Source of the DNA: an uncultured Bacilli bacterium
GTDB lineage: Bacteria; Bacillota_I; Bacilli_A; RF39; UBA660
Direction: 5' to 3'
DNA length: 64,000 nt
NCBI GenBank assembly: GCA_934098735.1
Contig: CAKOOS010000006.1
Coordinates: 2,712 to 66,711 of the forward strand
The position numbers and the translations under genes are program-made. How positions within the stretch are numbered: position 1 is the first letter of the stretch; the number at the start of each line of letters is the position of its first letter. Shown here one piece after another: positions 1 to 9,306 of the stretch. The notes beneath the pieces are model-generated. The model did no database searches, was not told the origin of the DNA, and worked only from the letters and a program-made list of their open reading frames with translations.

Positions 1-539
1 TGTAAAATTTTAGCTAATTGAAGGCCCACAAAACGATAATGCCATGGTTCAAAGTTATAACCAGTAACATCTTCTTTTTCTTTTGGATATCTTAGTATAA
101 AACCATAATTATAACTATTGTTTTTAAGCCACAAAACTTCTTTATCATCTTCTTTTACATCATCATCATATGTACCATTTTTTAGATAAGCAATATCCAT
201 AGCAAGACCAGTTTGATGTTCACTTGCTCCAGGTAAAGCAACAAGTTTATAAGCCACATCTCCTTTTTCATTTAATAAATTTCTTAAAATAATTTGTTGA
301 TAGTTATAACTTCTATATCCACTATCAACAATTATAAAATGACCATTTCTATGAGCATCTCTTAATAGACAATCTACATAAATTTTAATATCTTCTCTTA
401 ACATTGGTTTTAAACTAGCATCTTTATATTTATGAAAATTATTTTCATTTTCATCTACAATATACATTTTTCTAGGTACATAATCATTTTGCAAAAGATT
501 ATCTCTATTTACTAAAACACCATAATCTAAATCATCCAT
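1..539 (-). CDS. VanY/M15-family D-alanyl-D-alanine carboxypeptidase (3' end runs off the window start)
   Basis: Not in the ORF track because there is no stop in the window. My translation from ATG 537-539: MDDLDYGVLVNRDNLL...DSGYRSYNYQ...LPGASEHQTGLAMDI...GFILRYPKEKEDVTGYNFEPWHYRFVGLQLAKIL. It has the SxHxxGxAxD and EPWHxR motifs typical of VanY-type zinc peptidases. Confidence 0.75.
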   Translation of the reverse strand, partial: MDDLDYGVLVNRDNLLQNDYVPRKMYIVDENENNFHKYKDASLKPMLREDIKIYVDCLLRDAHRNGHFIIVDSGYRSYNYQQIILRNLLNEKGDVAYKLVALPGASEHQTGLAMDIAYLKNGTYDDDVKEDDKEVLWLKNNSYNYGFILRYPKEKEDVTGYNFEPWHYRFVGLQLAKIL

Positions 540-598
540 TAAATACGCCTCTTTCTTATTATATTCACTTTTAATAAAAGTCTTACTTTAAAGCAAGA

Positions 599-1633
599 CT
601 ATTTATTTGGATCAACTAGTATTTTAACTGCAGAATCAGTTCCACAAGTTAGCCTTTCATAAGCTTTTTGAACCTGTTCAAGAGGAACAATATCATCAAC
701 AAATTTCATAACATCTATCTTTTTATTTGCAATAAGATCAATACAAGATTTAAATTCATTGTAAGTATAAGCTATAGCTCCTTGTAATACTAATTCTTTC
801 ATTACAGCCATTACAGTATAAGTTTCAACAGCATTTGTAGAAACTCCGACAAGAACAACAATTCCTCCAGGTTTTACCATAGTAATAGCACTATTTACAG
901 CTGCACCATTTCCAACGCATTCAATAACAACATCAAATCCACCATTTGTTTTTTCCATCAATTTATTAATAGTTTCTGGATCAGATCCGTTATACCATTC
1001 ATCAGCAACATTTAATTTAACAGCTTTTTTACCTCTTTCAGCATTTGTTTCTGTTAAAATTACTTTACTTGCTCCTTCTAATTTAGCAAACATCGCAGAA
1101 ACAAGTCCAATTATTCCTCCACCTATTACTAAAACATTATCACCAACAGCTATCCTTCCTAAATGTGCTGCATGAAGTCCAACAGCAGTAGGTTCAACCA
1201 TTGCAACCTCTTCATCACGCATTTTATCAGGAACTTTTATAACCATATCAGATCTTACAGATATTCTCTTTGTAAGTCCTCCAGGATTTTCTAAAGACAA
1301 ACCTACAGCTTGAGACCAAGTCTTGCTGCAATATTGTACTTCCCCTTTTTTACAAGCTTCACATTCTCCACACGGAGATATTGGTAAAGCTGTAACCCTA
1401 TCTCCAACTTCTAAATCTAATCTATCACCAGGGTCTACCACTTTTCCACAAAATTCATGACCCATTATTAATCCTTTAGGTTCTCCAGAAACCCAGTAAT
1501 GAATATCAGAGCCACAAATACCAGTTTTAATTACATCAATTAATACTTTTCCTTCTTCTTTTTTTGGTTCTTCAATTTCCTTAATTTCAAATTGTTTTAC
1601 ATCTTTTATTGCACATGCTTTCACTATTTCCAT
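599..1633 (-). CDS. Zn-dependent medium-chain alcohol/polyol dehydrogenase (sorbitol/threonine dehydrogenase-like)
   Basis: GICGSDIHYW, GHEFCGKV, structural-zinc CGECEACKKG and a Rossmann GGGIIGL motif. Confidence 0.85.
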   Translation of the reverse strand: MEIVKACAIKDVKQFEIKEIEEPKKEEGKVLIDVIKTGICGSDIHYWVSGEPKGLIMGHEFCGKVVDPGDRLDLEVGDRVTALPISPCGECEACKKGEVQYCSKTWSQAVGLSLENPGGLTKRISVRSDMVIKVPDKMRDEEVAMVEPTAVGLHAAHLGRIAVGDNVLVIGGGIIGLVSAMFAKLEGASKVILTETNAERGKKAVKLNVADEWYNGSDPETINKLMEKTNGGFDVVIECVGNGAAVNSAITMVKPGGIVVLVGVSTNAVETYTVMAVMKELVLQGAIAYTYNEFKSCIDLIANKKIDVMKFVDDIVPLEQVQKAYERLTCGTDSAVKILVDPNK

Positions 1634-1639
1634 CTCCTT

Positions 1640-2467
1640 TTATTTCTTATTTATAGTAATTAAATGCGGATAAGGTATTTCTATACCTTGTTTTTCAAAT
1701 TCCTTTTTTATTTCATAATTTAACTTATACATATTTTCAAACGTATCATTATTATCTTTACCCCATACCCAAGCTCTAATAGAAATGCTTGAATCATTCC
1801 AGCTAGAAACTCTAACTTTAGGAAACTCAACATCTTTATTTTTTCCTTTTGAATTTGGATGATATAACTTATCTAATTCGTTTTTTACTATATCTATAGC
1901 TTTGTCAACATCAGATTCATAAGAAATATTAAAATCTACTAACTTAACAGTTTCATTATCATAATAATTAAAATTTTCTATTGTATAGGTATTCATCTGA
2001 CTATTTGGTATTATTACTCTTCTATTATTTATGGTCCTAATAATTGTATGCCTCATTGTAATATCTTCAACAGTACCACTAACATTTTTATCTATACATT
2101 CTATAAAGTCTCCAACTTCATATGCATCACCAATTACAACAGCAAAACTTCCGAAAAAATTCTTTAAACTTTCTTGAGCAGCAAGTCCAAGAACAACAGA
2201 ACTAATTCCTAAACCTGACAAAAGAGTTGTAGAAAAAGTATTAAATACTTCAAATTGTCCCATTATAATCAAGATACATAAAGAATATAGAACTAATTTT
2301 TTTATTCGTTTAACAAACATAAGTAATGTAGTAACATTCTTTTTCCTTTTTCTTCTAATAGTTCGATCAATAAGATTATCAATTATTTTATTAATAAAAA
2401 ATGTTGCAAGGGCTAGTACTAATATCATAACAAGCTTATCAACATATTTTACAAAAAAATCTTTCAT
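1640..2467 (-). CDS. MscS-family mechanosensitive channel
   Basis: N-terminal TM helices followed by a beta-domain (GDFIECIDKNVSGTVEDITMRHTIIRTINNRRVIIPNS), typical of small-conductance mechanosensitive channels. Confidence 0.8.
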   Translation of the reverse strand: MKDFFVKYVDKLVMILVLALATFFINKIIDNLIDRTIRRKRKKNVTTLLMFVKRIKKLVLYSLCILIIMGQFEVFNTFSTTLLSGLGISSVVLGLAAQESLKNFFGSFAVVIGDAYEVGDFIECIDKNVSGTVEDITMRHTIIRTINNRRVIIPNSQMNTYTIENFNYYDNETVKLVDFNISYESDVDKAIDIVKNELDKLYHPNSKGKNKDVEFPKVRVSSWNDSSISIRAWVWGKDNNDTFENMYKLNYEIKKEFEKQGIEIPYPHLITINKK

Positions 2468-2550
2468 TTAATCACCTAAATAAATTGTATCATAAATTTG
2501 CATTTTTAAAAAGATATGATATAATAAAAAACAATTTAATGGGGGTAATT

Positions 2551-3285
2551 ATGAATTTTTTAAGCGTTGGAACAGACACAATAAGTCAAAATTTATTTCA
2601 AAATATAAAAAATGGAAATGACACAAAACCTTACGGAGGACTCTGGGCAACAACATATGATTCAAGATTTCCAGGATATAACGAATGGGTTGATTTTTTA
2701 ATACAAAATATTCATTTATTATTTTACATGAATTATACAAATCCCTTTGAATTACCTGCAGTGTATTTTACTTTAAAAGATAATGCTAAAATATTTAATA
2801 TTGATTCTAAAGAAAAACTTGAATATTTAAAAAATAAATATCCTAATCAAGAAAAATGGATTAATTTTGAAAAACTTCAAGAAGATTATGATGGTATATT
2901 TATACGCATTACTAATTTATTAAATGAGAAAAATATTAATTCTTTTGGTGTAAATACCCTTATTTTATTTAACTTAAATTGTATTAAAGAATATCAAAGT
3001 GCTAAAGTATTTATTGAACCATTCGATTACACATTATATAATCACCTTACTGAATATGAAATAAAATTAGATTCAGAAAAAAAACAAATAAAAAAAACAG
3101 ATCAAAATATTGAACTATTAATTTCTAAAATAAAAGAATATATTAAAAACAATAATTTATCATGTACAATTGAAAGCGAAAGAAAAATATTAAAAATATT
3201 TTATGAAGAATTTAAAAAAATTAAAAACGAAGAAGTCAAAAACAAAGAAAGCTTACTTATAAGAAAAGCCTTTTTAAGTGTTTAA
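2551..3285 (+). CDS. hypothetical protein
   Basis: Long ORF. I moved the start to ATG 2551 (MNFLSV...), which has a GGGGG Shine-Dalgarno 6 nt upstream. I recognise no family. Confidence 0.5.
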   Translation: MNFLSVGTDTISQNLFQNIKNGNDTKPYGGLWATTYDSRFPGYNEWVDFLIQNIHLLFYMNYTNPFELPAVYFTLKDNAKIFNIDSKEKLEYLKNKYPNQEKWINFEKLQEDYDGIFIRITNLLNEKNINSFGVNTLILFNLNCIKEYQSAKVFIEPFDYTLYNHLTEYEIKLDSEKKQIKKTDQNIELLISKIKEYIKNNNLSCTIESERKILKIFYEEFKKIKNEEVKNKESLLIRKAFLSV

Positions 3286-3905
3286 TCTATTTTAAACACT
3301 TTTTTCATGATTAAACTTAAAACGTAAGCACAAATAATCATAATAACAACAGTTATCATACTTCTTGGATTGTGAAAACTTTCTAAAAGTCCAGTTCCAA
3401 CAACACCCCAAAAATACACTAAAAATATTTTACTTATTAAAATAGAAATTAAAAATTTTTTAAAATCCATATTCACAAGTCCAGCAGCTATATTCATCAT
3501 AAAAGCTGGAGTAAAAGGAAAAGATAAAATTATTGTTATTTTTGTTAATGATAAATTTTCTATATAATTCATACATTTAGTTAAGGAATTAATATTTTTA
3601 ATCTTTTTTATAACCCAATTACGAAAAAATTTTTTTACCAAATAATATGACAACAAACATCCCAAAACAGTACATACCCAAGAAATTATAAACCCACCTA
3701 TTTTGCCAAAGGCCACAAAATTAATTGTAATAAAAACAAATAATGGAAGCGGAGGTATTATACTTTCTAACACAATAAACAAACAACCCAATAATGGGCC
3801 GTATACACCAAGATTATCTATTGCATTCATTATAAAATTATAAAAATTATTAAAAATACTACTCATAAATATCACTATTAATATTATAACACAATTTTTA
3901 GTCAC
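3282..3905 (-). CDS. TVP38/TMEM64 (DedA-related) membrane protein
   Basis: About 5 TM helices with a VLESIIPPLPLFVFI... / SFPFTPAFMMNIAAG pattern typical of the SNARE-associated/DedA superfamily. Confidence 0.6.
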   Translation of the reverse strand: MTKNCVIILIVIFMSSIFNNFYNFIMNAIDNLGVYGPLLGCLFIVLESIIPPLPLFVFITINFVAFGKIGGFIISWVCTVLGCLLSYYLVKKFFRNWVIKKIKNINSLTKCMNYIENLSLTKITIILSFPFTPAFMMNIAAGLVNMDFKKFLISILISKIFLVYFWGVVGTGLLESFHNPRSMITVVIMIICAYVLSLIMKKVFKID

Positions 3906-4152
3906 GTATAACTTGAGTTACATCATAACCAAAATATTCTAACATTGCTACAACTTTATTACTTAAATAACCTTTTTCACAAATAATATAATATTTTTTT
4001 TGATAATCCAAACAACTTTTATAATTCATAAGCAATTTATCTGCATATATATTAATTTTACTAAATGGATGTTTTTGATAATCAAGAGGATGCTGAACAT
4101 CTATTAATATTCCCATTGTATCATTAAATTCACTTAATTTAATTCTTTTCAT
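3898..4152 (-). CDS. single-domain rhodanese-like protein
   Basis: 84 aa. ILIDVQHPLDY...YYIICEKGYLS resembles a rhodanese active-site loop with a Cys. Confidence 0.65.
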   Translation of the reverse strand: MKRIKLSEFNDTMGILIDVQHPLDYQKHPFSKINIYADKLLMNYKSCLDYQKKYYIICEKGYLSNKVVAMLEYFGYDVTQVIRD

Positions 4153-4194
4153 AATTACCTCACTATATTTTATGCACTTTAATTTTTAGTGCAT

Positions 4195-4218
4195 AGAAAA
4201 AATAACCATTAGGTTATT
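4195..4218 (-). terminator. rho-independent terminator closing the T4SS operon
   Basis: Stem aataacc/ggttatt with a 4-nt loop overlaps the stop codon and is followed by a T-run on the minus strand. Confidence 0.6.
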
Positions 4219-6391
4219 CATCTCCGAAGAAATCATCAAAGAACTCATCATCAGATATTATATTATCAGCAATAACTTTACTATCTGAATCAATATTTAT
4301 TTTAGGATTATCACTTTTTTCTATGTTTTCTTCAGTTTCTTTCTTTATTTCTTCATTAGGTTTAAGTTCTTCAACCATTTTAGGCAAGCTAATATTTTCA
4401 TCATCACTTTGATTAACAAAATGAGCATCCATCTTCTTTTTCTTTTCCTCTTCTTCTTGACGATCAAGTTCTTTTAATTTTTCATCAATTTCTTTAATCA
4501 TGTTATCTATATCTACATTGCTAAGTGAAGCACCTGGCATAAGTTCTGGATTACCAAACGGATTAAATGATGGCATTTGATTACCAGTTGGTCTAAATGG
4601 ATTAGAAGTTCTAAATGTATCAGGTTCATTTGCCATATTTTTATTTCTTTCTTCTATAACAAATTTTTTAAGATCAAACATTTCTACTTCTTTTCTAACT
4701 CTGGTCGGATATTCTTCTTCTTTTCTTTCTATTCCCCATTCCATTTTAAAATCTGGTTCTAACTTTGTTCTAAATGGATCTGTCCTAAGTCTTTTTACAA
4801 TAGCTTCAAAAAGCTTCATTTTTTGTAAATCAGTAACTGTAATAAGTGGTCTTGTTGCATTTTTATCTTTATCATCAGTTATCTTTACTTCACCACACAT
4901 TTTACTAATTTCTTCAAGGGCTTTCATTTCAGTACTTATAAGATAAACTAAATTACCACAATTTCCTTTAATAATTTCTGCAACATTATCACCATATACA
5001 TCATTAAGTTGTGCAAAGTTTTGAATAATAAAGGTAAATCTTATATCACGACTTCTTGCAGCGGATACCATTGCATCAACATCTTTAAGAGGTGGCATAT
5101 TAGCAAATTCATCTAATATAAAATTAGTTCTATACGGTAGTTTTCCACCATTTTCTTGAGCAACATCAATCAAAGTTTCATAACATTGTTTAATAAAGAT
5201 AGTCATTAATGAATGATATGTTTTCTTTTCATCATGAATAATCATAAATACTGCTGTTTTACCATTACCAATATCCTTCATATTAAAATCACTATATGAA
5301 AGCATTTCACTTAATGCTTCACCAATTGAAAACAATCTTATTTTTTGTCTAAAAGTAGCTAATAATCCACCTTTAGTATCAGATGGAGCATTAATAACTG
5401 CAGCAGCTGATATATATTCATTAGACTTTTCGCCTTTCATTTTGAAATATTCTTTAATATAATTACTTCCAGCAGCAAATCTTTCTTCACCAACTGTACT
5501 CATTACATTAATACTATTTAAATTAACTTCTTCTTCTTTAGCATCTTTAAATAAACCAAGTGCCAAGCCAGAAAAATAGTCCGCAGAAGCTTTTTCCCAA
5601 AAGTCAGATTCATTTTTATTACTTGGATCATACAAAATATTTAAAGCAACGTCATTTAATAACTCAATAGCTTTATCTTGATTACCTTCTCTATAATATC
5701 TAAAAGGCATAGTAAGAGGGTTCCATGAATTACCACGCGTAGGTTCACGAAAATTTAAAACAATTATTTTATATCCACGATCTTTTAAGTATGAAGCACA
5801 ATATTTATAGATTTCTCCTTTTGGATCAGTAATAACCATACTTTCACCTTTTTTAGCTAATAAATTAACCATCGGTTTTACTATAGTTTCAGTTTTACCA
5901 GATCCAGTAGACCCAATAACTAAGTTATGATATTCACCATTATCAACCCACATTTCTTTTCCATTATTGATAAGGGGAATTCCTGCAGCAGTTAAATTAT
6001 CGTCTAAAGGATTTACTTTTTCTACATTACTTTGTTCTTTTATATCTTTGTCTTTGGCCCATTTTGAATAACCATCACTAGATTTTTCTTTTAAAATTAT
6101 TCCAAATCCGCCACCTTTATCTTTTTTAAAAATATAAGAAGAAACACTAGCAAAAATAGCAATCAATACCCCAATAAAAAGTAAAATTGTAACAGGTAAA
6201 TATGATCCTGTAAAAGCTTTAAAAGGAAGAAGACCATAAAAAGTACCATCAGTTGAAAGTGAAGCAAAATTAAGTACAGCTATAGCACATAAATACAACA
6301 ACAATCCACAATACAATAAAAACAATAAAAAATCTTTAGGTTCTACTTTAAACTTCATAAAATCCTTCCTTCCATAAATATTATTATACAA
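4214..6391 (-). CDS. type IV coupling protein (VirD4/TraG/PcfC-like) with a long acidic C-terminal tail
   Basis: Two N-terminal TM helices, Walker A GSTGSGKT, Walker B region ILDEFANMP, then AARSRDIRFTFIIQNFAQL. About 135 aa of low-complexity acidic tail ends in DDEFFDDFFGDE. Confidence 0.9.
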   Translation of the reverse strand: MYNNIYGRKDFMKFKVEPKDFLLFLLYCGLLLYLCAIAVLNFASLSTDGTFYGLLPFKAFTGSYLPVTILLFIGVLIAIFASVSSYIFKKDKGGGFGIILKEKSSDGYSKWAKDKDIKEQSNVEKVNPLDDNLTAAGIPLINNGKEMWVDNGEYHNLVIGSTGSGKTETIVKPMVNLLAKKGESMVITDPKGEIYKYCASYLKDRGYKIIVLNFREPTRGNSWNPLTMPFRYYREGNQDKAIELLNDVALNILYDPSNKNESDFWEKASADYFSGLALGLFKDAKEEEVNLNSINVMSTVGEERFAAGSNYIKEYFKMKGEKSNEYISAAAVINAPSDTKGGLLATFRQKIRLFSIGEALSEMLSYSDFNMKDIGNGKTAVFMIIHDEKKTYHSLMTIFIKQCYETLIDVAQENGGKLPYRTNFILDEFANMPPLKDVDAMVSAARSRDIRFTFIIQNFAQLNDVYGDNVAEIIKGNCGNLVYLISTEMKALEEISKMCGEVKITDDKDKNATRPLITVTDLQKMKLFEAIVKRLRTDPFRTKLEPDFKMEWGIERKEEEYPTRVRKEVEMFDLKKFVIEERNKNMANEPDTFRTSNPFRPTGNQMPSFNPFGNPELMPGASLSNVDIDNMIKEIDEKLKELDRQEEEEKKKKMDAHFVNQSDDENISLPKMVEELKPNEEIKKETEENIEKSDNPKINIDSDSKVIADNIISDDEFFDDFFGDE

Positions 6392-6399
6392 TATTTTCT

Positions 6400-7161
6400 T
6401 TAATCAGCAATAACTAAATCATATTTTCCATCATTATTTTGATACATTGAATACCCAGTATTTCTAATCATAGAATAATAAGTTCTTCTAAAAATTATAT
6501 TACTTCCCTTTGCACCATCAATATTAAAAATAGCATAAATAGCATAGCTTGGTTCATAATGAACTTTTTCTACTTCTATATTTTTATTTAATATAATATT
6601 ATTTACTCCATTAATAACAGTATAAATAACACTAAAATAATTATTAGCACCTTCAATATCAAAATTATTTGCCACTATAATATAATCGTTTATACCATCA
6701 TTATTTAAATCAACTGATACCTTTTCTTGATATGTAAAATCATCAATAGTATAATTTTTTGATAAAATATCATTAAGATAATTCACATCTGAAAGAGATA
6801 AAACATCAACATCGTAATTTTTAACATCCTTAATAAGTTTATTAGAATATGCTAATAAATTACCTTCATAAAATAAATTACTATCAGCTGTATAAACATT
6901 CCAGGTATTTATATAATCAATTTGGTAAATACCTTTATAGAAATTATCAACATAAACAGTATAATTAATATCTTTATCTAATTTATCAGAATCTAAACTA
7001 CGCCATGTATCATTCTTTTTTTCCCATAAAGTATTATTTCCCAAAATAAGATAATCTACCTGGTCGCTTTCTTTTACAACGTTATCTTTAAAAACAAACC
7101 ATACTACTATACCTATTATAGCTAAAGCAAGTATTAATATAATTGAAACTTTCTTATTCAT
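6400..7161 (-). CDS. N-terminally membrane-anchored T4SS-associated protein (occupies the PrgL/VirB8-like position)
   Basis: Single TM (IILILALAIIGIVVWFVF) and an extracytoplasmic body with a DLNNDGINDYII Ca-binding-like loop. The function is inferred from position only. Confidence 0.4.
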   Translation of the reverse strand: MNKKVSIILILALAIIGIVVWFVFKDNVVKESDQVDYLILGNNTLWEKKNDTWRSLDSDKLDKDINYTVYVDNFYKGIYQIDYINTWNVYTADSNLFYEGNLLAYSNKLIKDVKNYDVDVLSLSDVNYLNDILSKNYTIDDFTYQEKVSVDLNNDGINDYIIVANNFDIEGANNYFSVIYTVINGVNNIILNKNIEVEKVHYEPSYAIYAIFNIDGAKGSNIIFRRTYYSMIRNTGYSMYQNNDGKYDLVIAD

Positions 7162-7173
7162 AGCAACCCCTTT

Positions 7174-9303
7174 CTATTTAAATCTATAAGATATATATCT
7201 TACTACATCATTAAAACTATATTTATTAACTTTTCCATCCGCAGGATCTTTAACTATTACGTCATCGCCAGAAATACTTTGATACAATAAATAGTGTGTA
7301 GAATATTTACTATTACTTATTTTAATTAAAACAAAATGATTACTTAAATCAAATGAATTTAAAATATTTTTTTTGTCTTGTACACTTTTTGATGCTACTT
7401 TTTGATCAGATGCTACGCTTAAAGATGGTGCAACTGTTTGTACGCATGACCAAGAAAAATTTCCAGAAGAATCAAAACAACCATTTTTATTTAAAGCATT
7501 TACAAAAGTACCTGCATTAAAATTATCAATATTGGTTTTTACACCTGCACATGTTATGCCAGTAGCTATAGCAGTTACAGCACAACCAGAATTACCCATA
7601 TTTAAACCTGAAGAGCCAAGCTTTATACTAGCCCATCTCGAATCACCTTGTCTGTAAAGTGTACAACCTGGAGTATCATGTTCTGTTCCAATATAATTAC
7701 TACCTGTTTCATTAGCCTTACACTCTTCAGATGATAAATTAAATATATTCTGTCTATAAGGAATCATTTTATCATGAACTTGATAAAGTTTATATGCATA
7801 TTTATCTTCGTCAGTAGTTAAAGCACATGAAGAACCATAGCAAGTTTTAGAAGAACTACAATAATTAGTTACTTGACTAACTCTAGTATCAGACATGTAC
7901 TGTTTAATATAAGGAAAATATGCACATCCACCTTGACTCCATGAACCTGGATTATACCAATTATCCCCTAAGTATGCGTACCTTCCCATCATATCAGCTA
8001 GTGTATTATACTGAGATATATTATCAACAAAAGCACGTACACCTTCAACAAATGAACTATATCTCTTGCAATCTTTTCCATGTCCAGTGTTAGTACATCC
8101 CATACCATAATAGTTATATGCATCACCTGGACTATATCCTTCAACTTCAGCTCTGGTAACTAAAACTTCCGGATTAATATCATTTTGAACAGAAATATCA
8201 TAAATATCACCAGCATGATTAATAAATTCGGTTGCATAACTACCAGATTTATTTGCAAAATGATTTTTAATCTTGGCAATAAATTCATCCCTAGATAAAG
8301 TAGTAAATTTAATTGAAAACTCTTCACAAGTTTCAGAATAATTATTTTCGCTTTCTATGTACTCACAATATGTTGATAAATTATAAAGGCTATATTTACT
8401 AGTTTCAGTATCATCTTCGTTTTCTACTTCATTAATATTGGATTCATTTTGAGAATTAAATAAATAGTTTAATATATCGCCATAATTATTAAAATTAGAC
8501 AAATCTAAAGAATTTAAATCATTTGGAATTGACAAAGAAATATCACTATCTAATGAAGTTATAGTTCCAGTAAAAGAGTCTGGTAAATATAAATAATTTT
8601 CTATTTCCGTATAAAGTTCTTCATATTTTGTCAAAATATCGCTAGGAATATCTTTTTCGAAACCAACATTACAAGTATCTAAAGATATATTTTTATTTGT
8701 ATTATTATAATTTCCAATAGAAAGAGCATTTGTCTTTTGAATAATCATTAATGATTTCAATATTTCATCATTATAATCATTATTTTTGGAAATATAATAT
8801 GTGGCACCAAATACATATTCTTTAATACTAAGAGCCGAAACTTCTTCAGTATCACAAGTTTTTAAAGTAACATTCGTCAAATTAAAATTACATTCTTCAT
8901 TATAATATCCTGAATCAGCACCTCCAAAAGCAGAAACAAGAAAAAGAATTACAATTACAAGAATTACAGCAATGGCAATAACCAACAGCACCCAAGGATT
9001 TGCTGCAATAAAAGTAACTATTTTTGAACCTATCTTACCAGCTATTTGAACAGTTTTTTGACTAGCTACACTTTTAATAGCACTTCCAGTGTTAGGAGTC
9101 GCACCTTCATTTGCTAAAGATTCATTAGTTTCTTCATCATTTGCTAGTTCATCAACGTTTTCTTTTTCTTCTTGTTCTAACTCATCATCGATGTCTTCAT
9201 CATTATTTGTTTCACTAGAAAAAGCACCTAATCTTTCATTAATTCTTTGATTAGGATCATATAACAATTTACCATGTTTATTTTCACTGCTTTTTCTATT
9301 CAC
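7174..9303 (-). CDS. membrane-anchored T4SS cell-wall hydrolase (lysozyme/glucosaminidase-like segment plus C-terminal Cys-His peptidase-like domain)
   Basis: Acidic N-terminus and a TM (WVLLVIAIAVILVIVILFLV). INPEVLVTRAEVEGYSPG...NYYGMGC resembles glucosaminidase/lysozyme-like domains. YRQGDSRWASIKLG...MGNSGCAVTAIATG resembles C39-like/CHAP-type papain-fold peptidases. The position matches PrgK/TcpG/CwlT. The domain calls are tentative. Confidence 0.65.
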   Translation of the reverse strand: MNRKSSENKHGKLLYDPNQRINERLGAFSSETNNDEDIDDELEQEEKENVDELANDEETNESLANEGATPNTGSAIKSVASQKTVQIAGKIGSKIVTFIAANPWVLLVIAIAVILVIVILFLVSAFGGADSGYYNEECNFNLTNVTLKTCDTEEVSALSIKEYVFGATYYISKNNDYNDEILKSLMIIQKTNALSIGNYNNTNKNISLDTCNVGFEKDIPSDILTKYEELYTEIENYLYLPDSFTGTITSLDSDISLSIPNDLNSLDLSNFNNYGDILNYLFNSQNESNINEVENEDDTETSKYSLYNLSTYCEYIESENNYSETCEEFSIKFTTLSRDEFIAKIKNHFANKSGSYATEFINHAGDIYDISVQNDINPEVLVTRAEVEGYSPGDAYNYYGMGCTNTGHGKDCKRYSSFVEGVRAFVDNISQYNTLADMMGRYAYLGDNWYNPGSWSQGGCAYFPYIKQYMSDTRVSQVTNYCSSSKTCYGSSCALTTDEDKYAYKLYQVHDKMIPYRQNIFNLSSEECKANETGSNYIGTEHDTPGCTLYRQGDSRWASIKLGSSGLNMGNSGCAVTAIATGITCAGVKTNIDNFNAGTFVNALNKNGCFDSSGNFSWSCVQTVAPSLSVASDQKVASKSVQDKKNILNSFDLSNHFVLIKISNSKYSTHYLLYQSISGDDVIVKDPADGKVNKYSFNDVVRYISYRFK

Positions 9304-9306
9304 TTA

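Noticed and set aside
2549-2740. Short antisense or off-frame track ORFs: 2549-2740, 4577-4762, 12617-12823, 22567-22764, 22927-23199, 23002-23184, 24844-25026, 24939-25130, 25508-25768, 31237-31458, 32451-32675, 62118-62354 and 62406-62657.
   Set aside because: Each lies wholly inside a longer ORF with recognisable motifs. None has a convincing RBS or domain signature.
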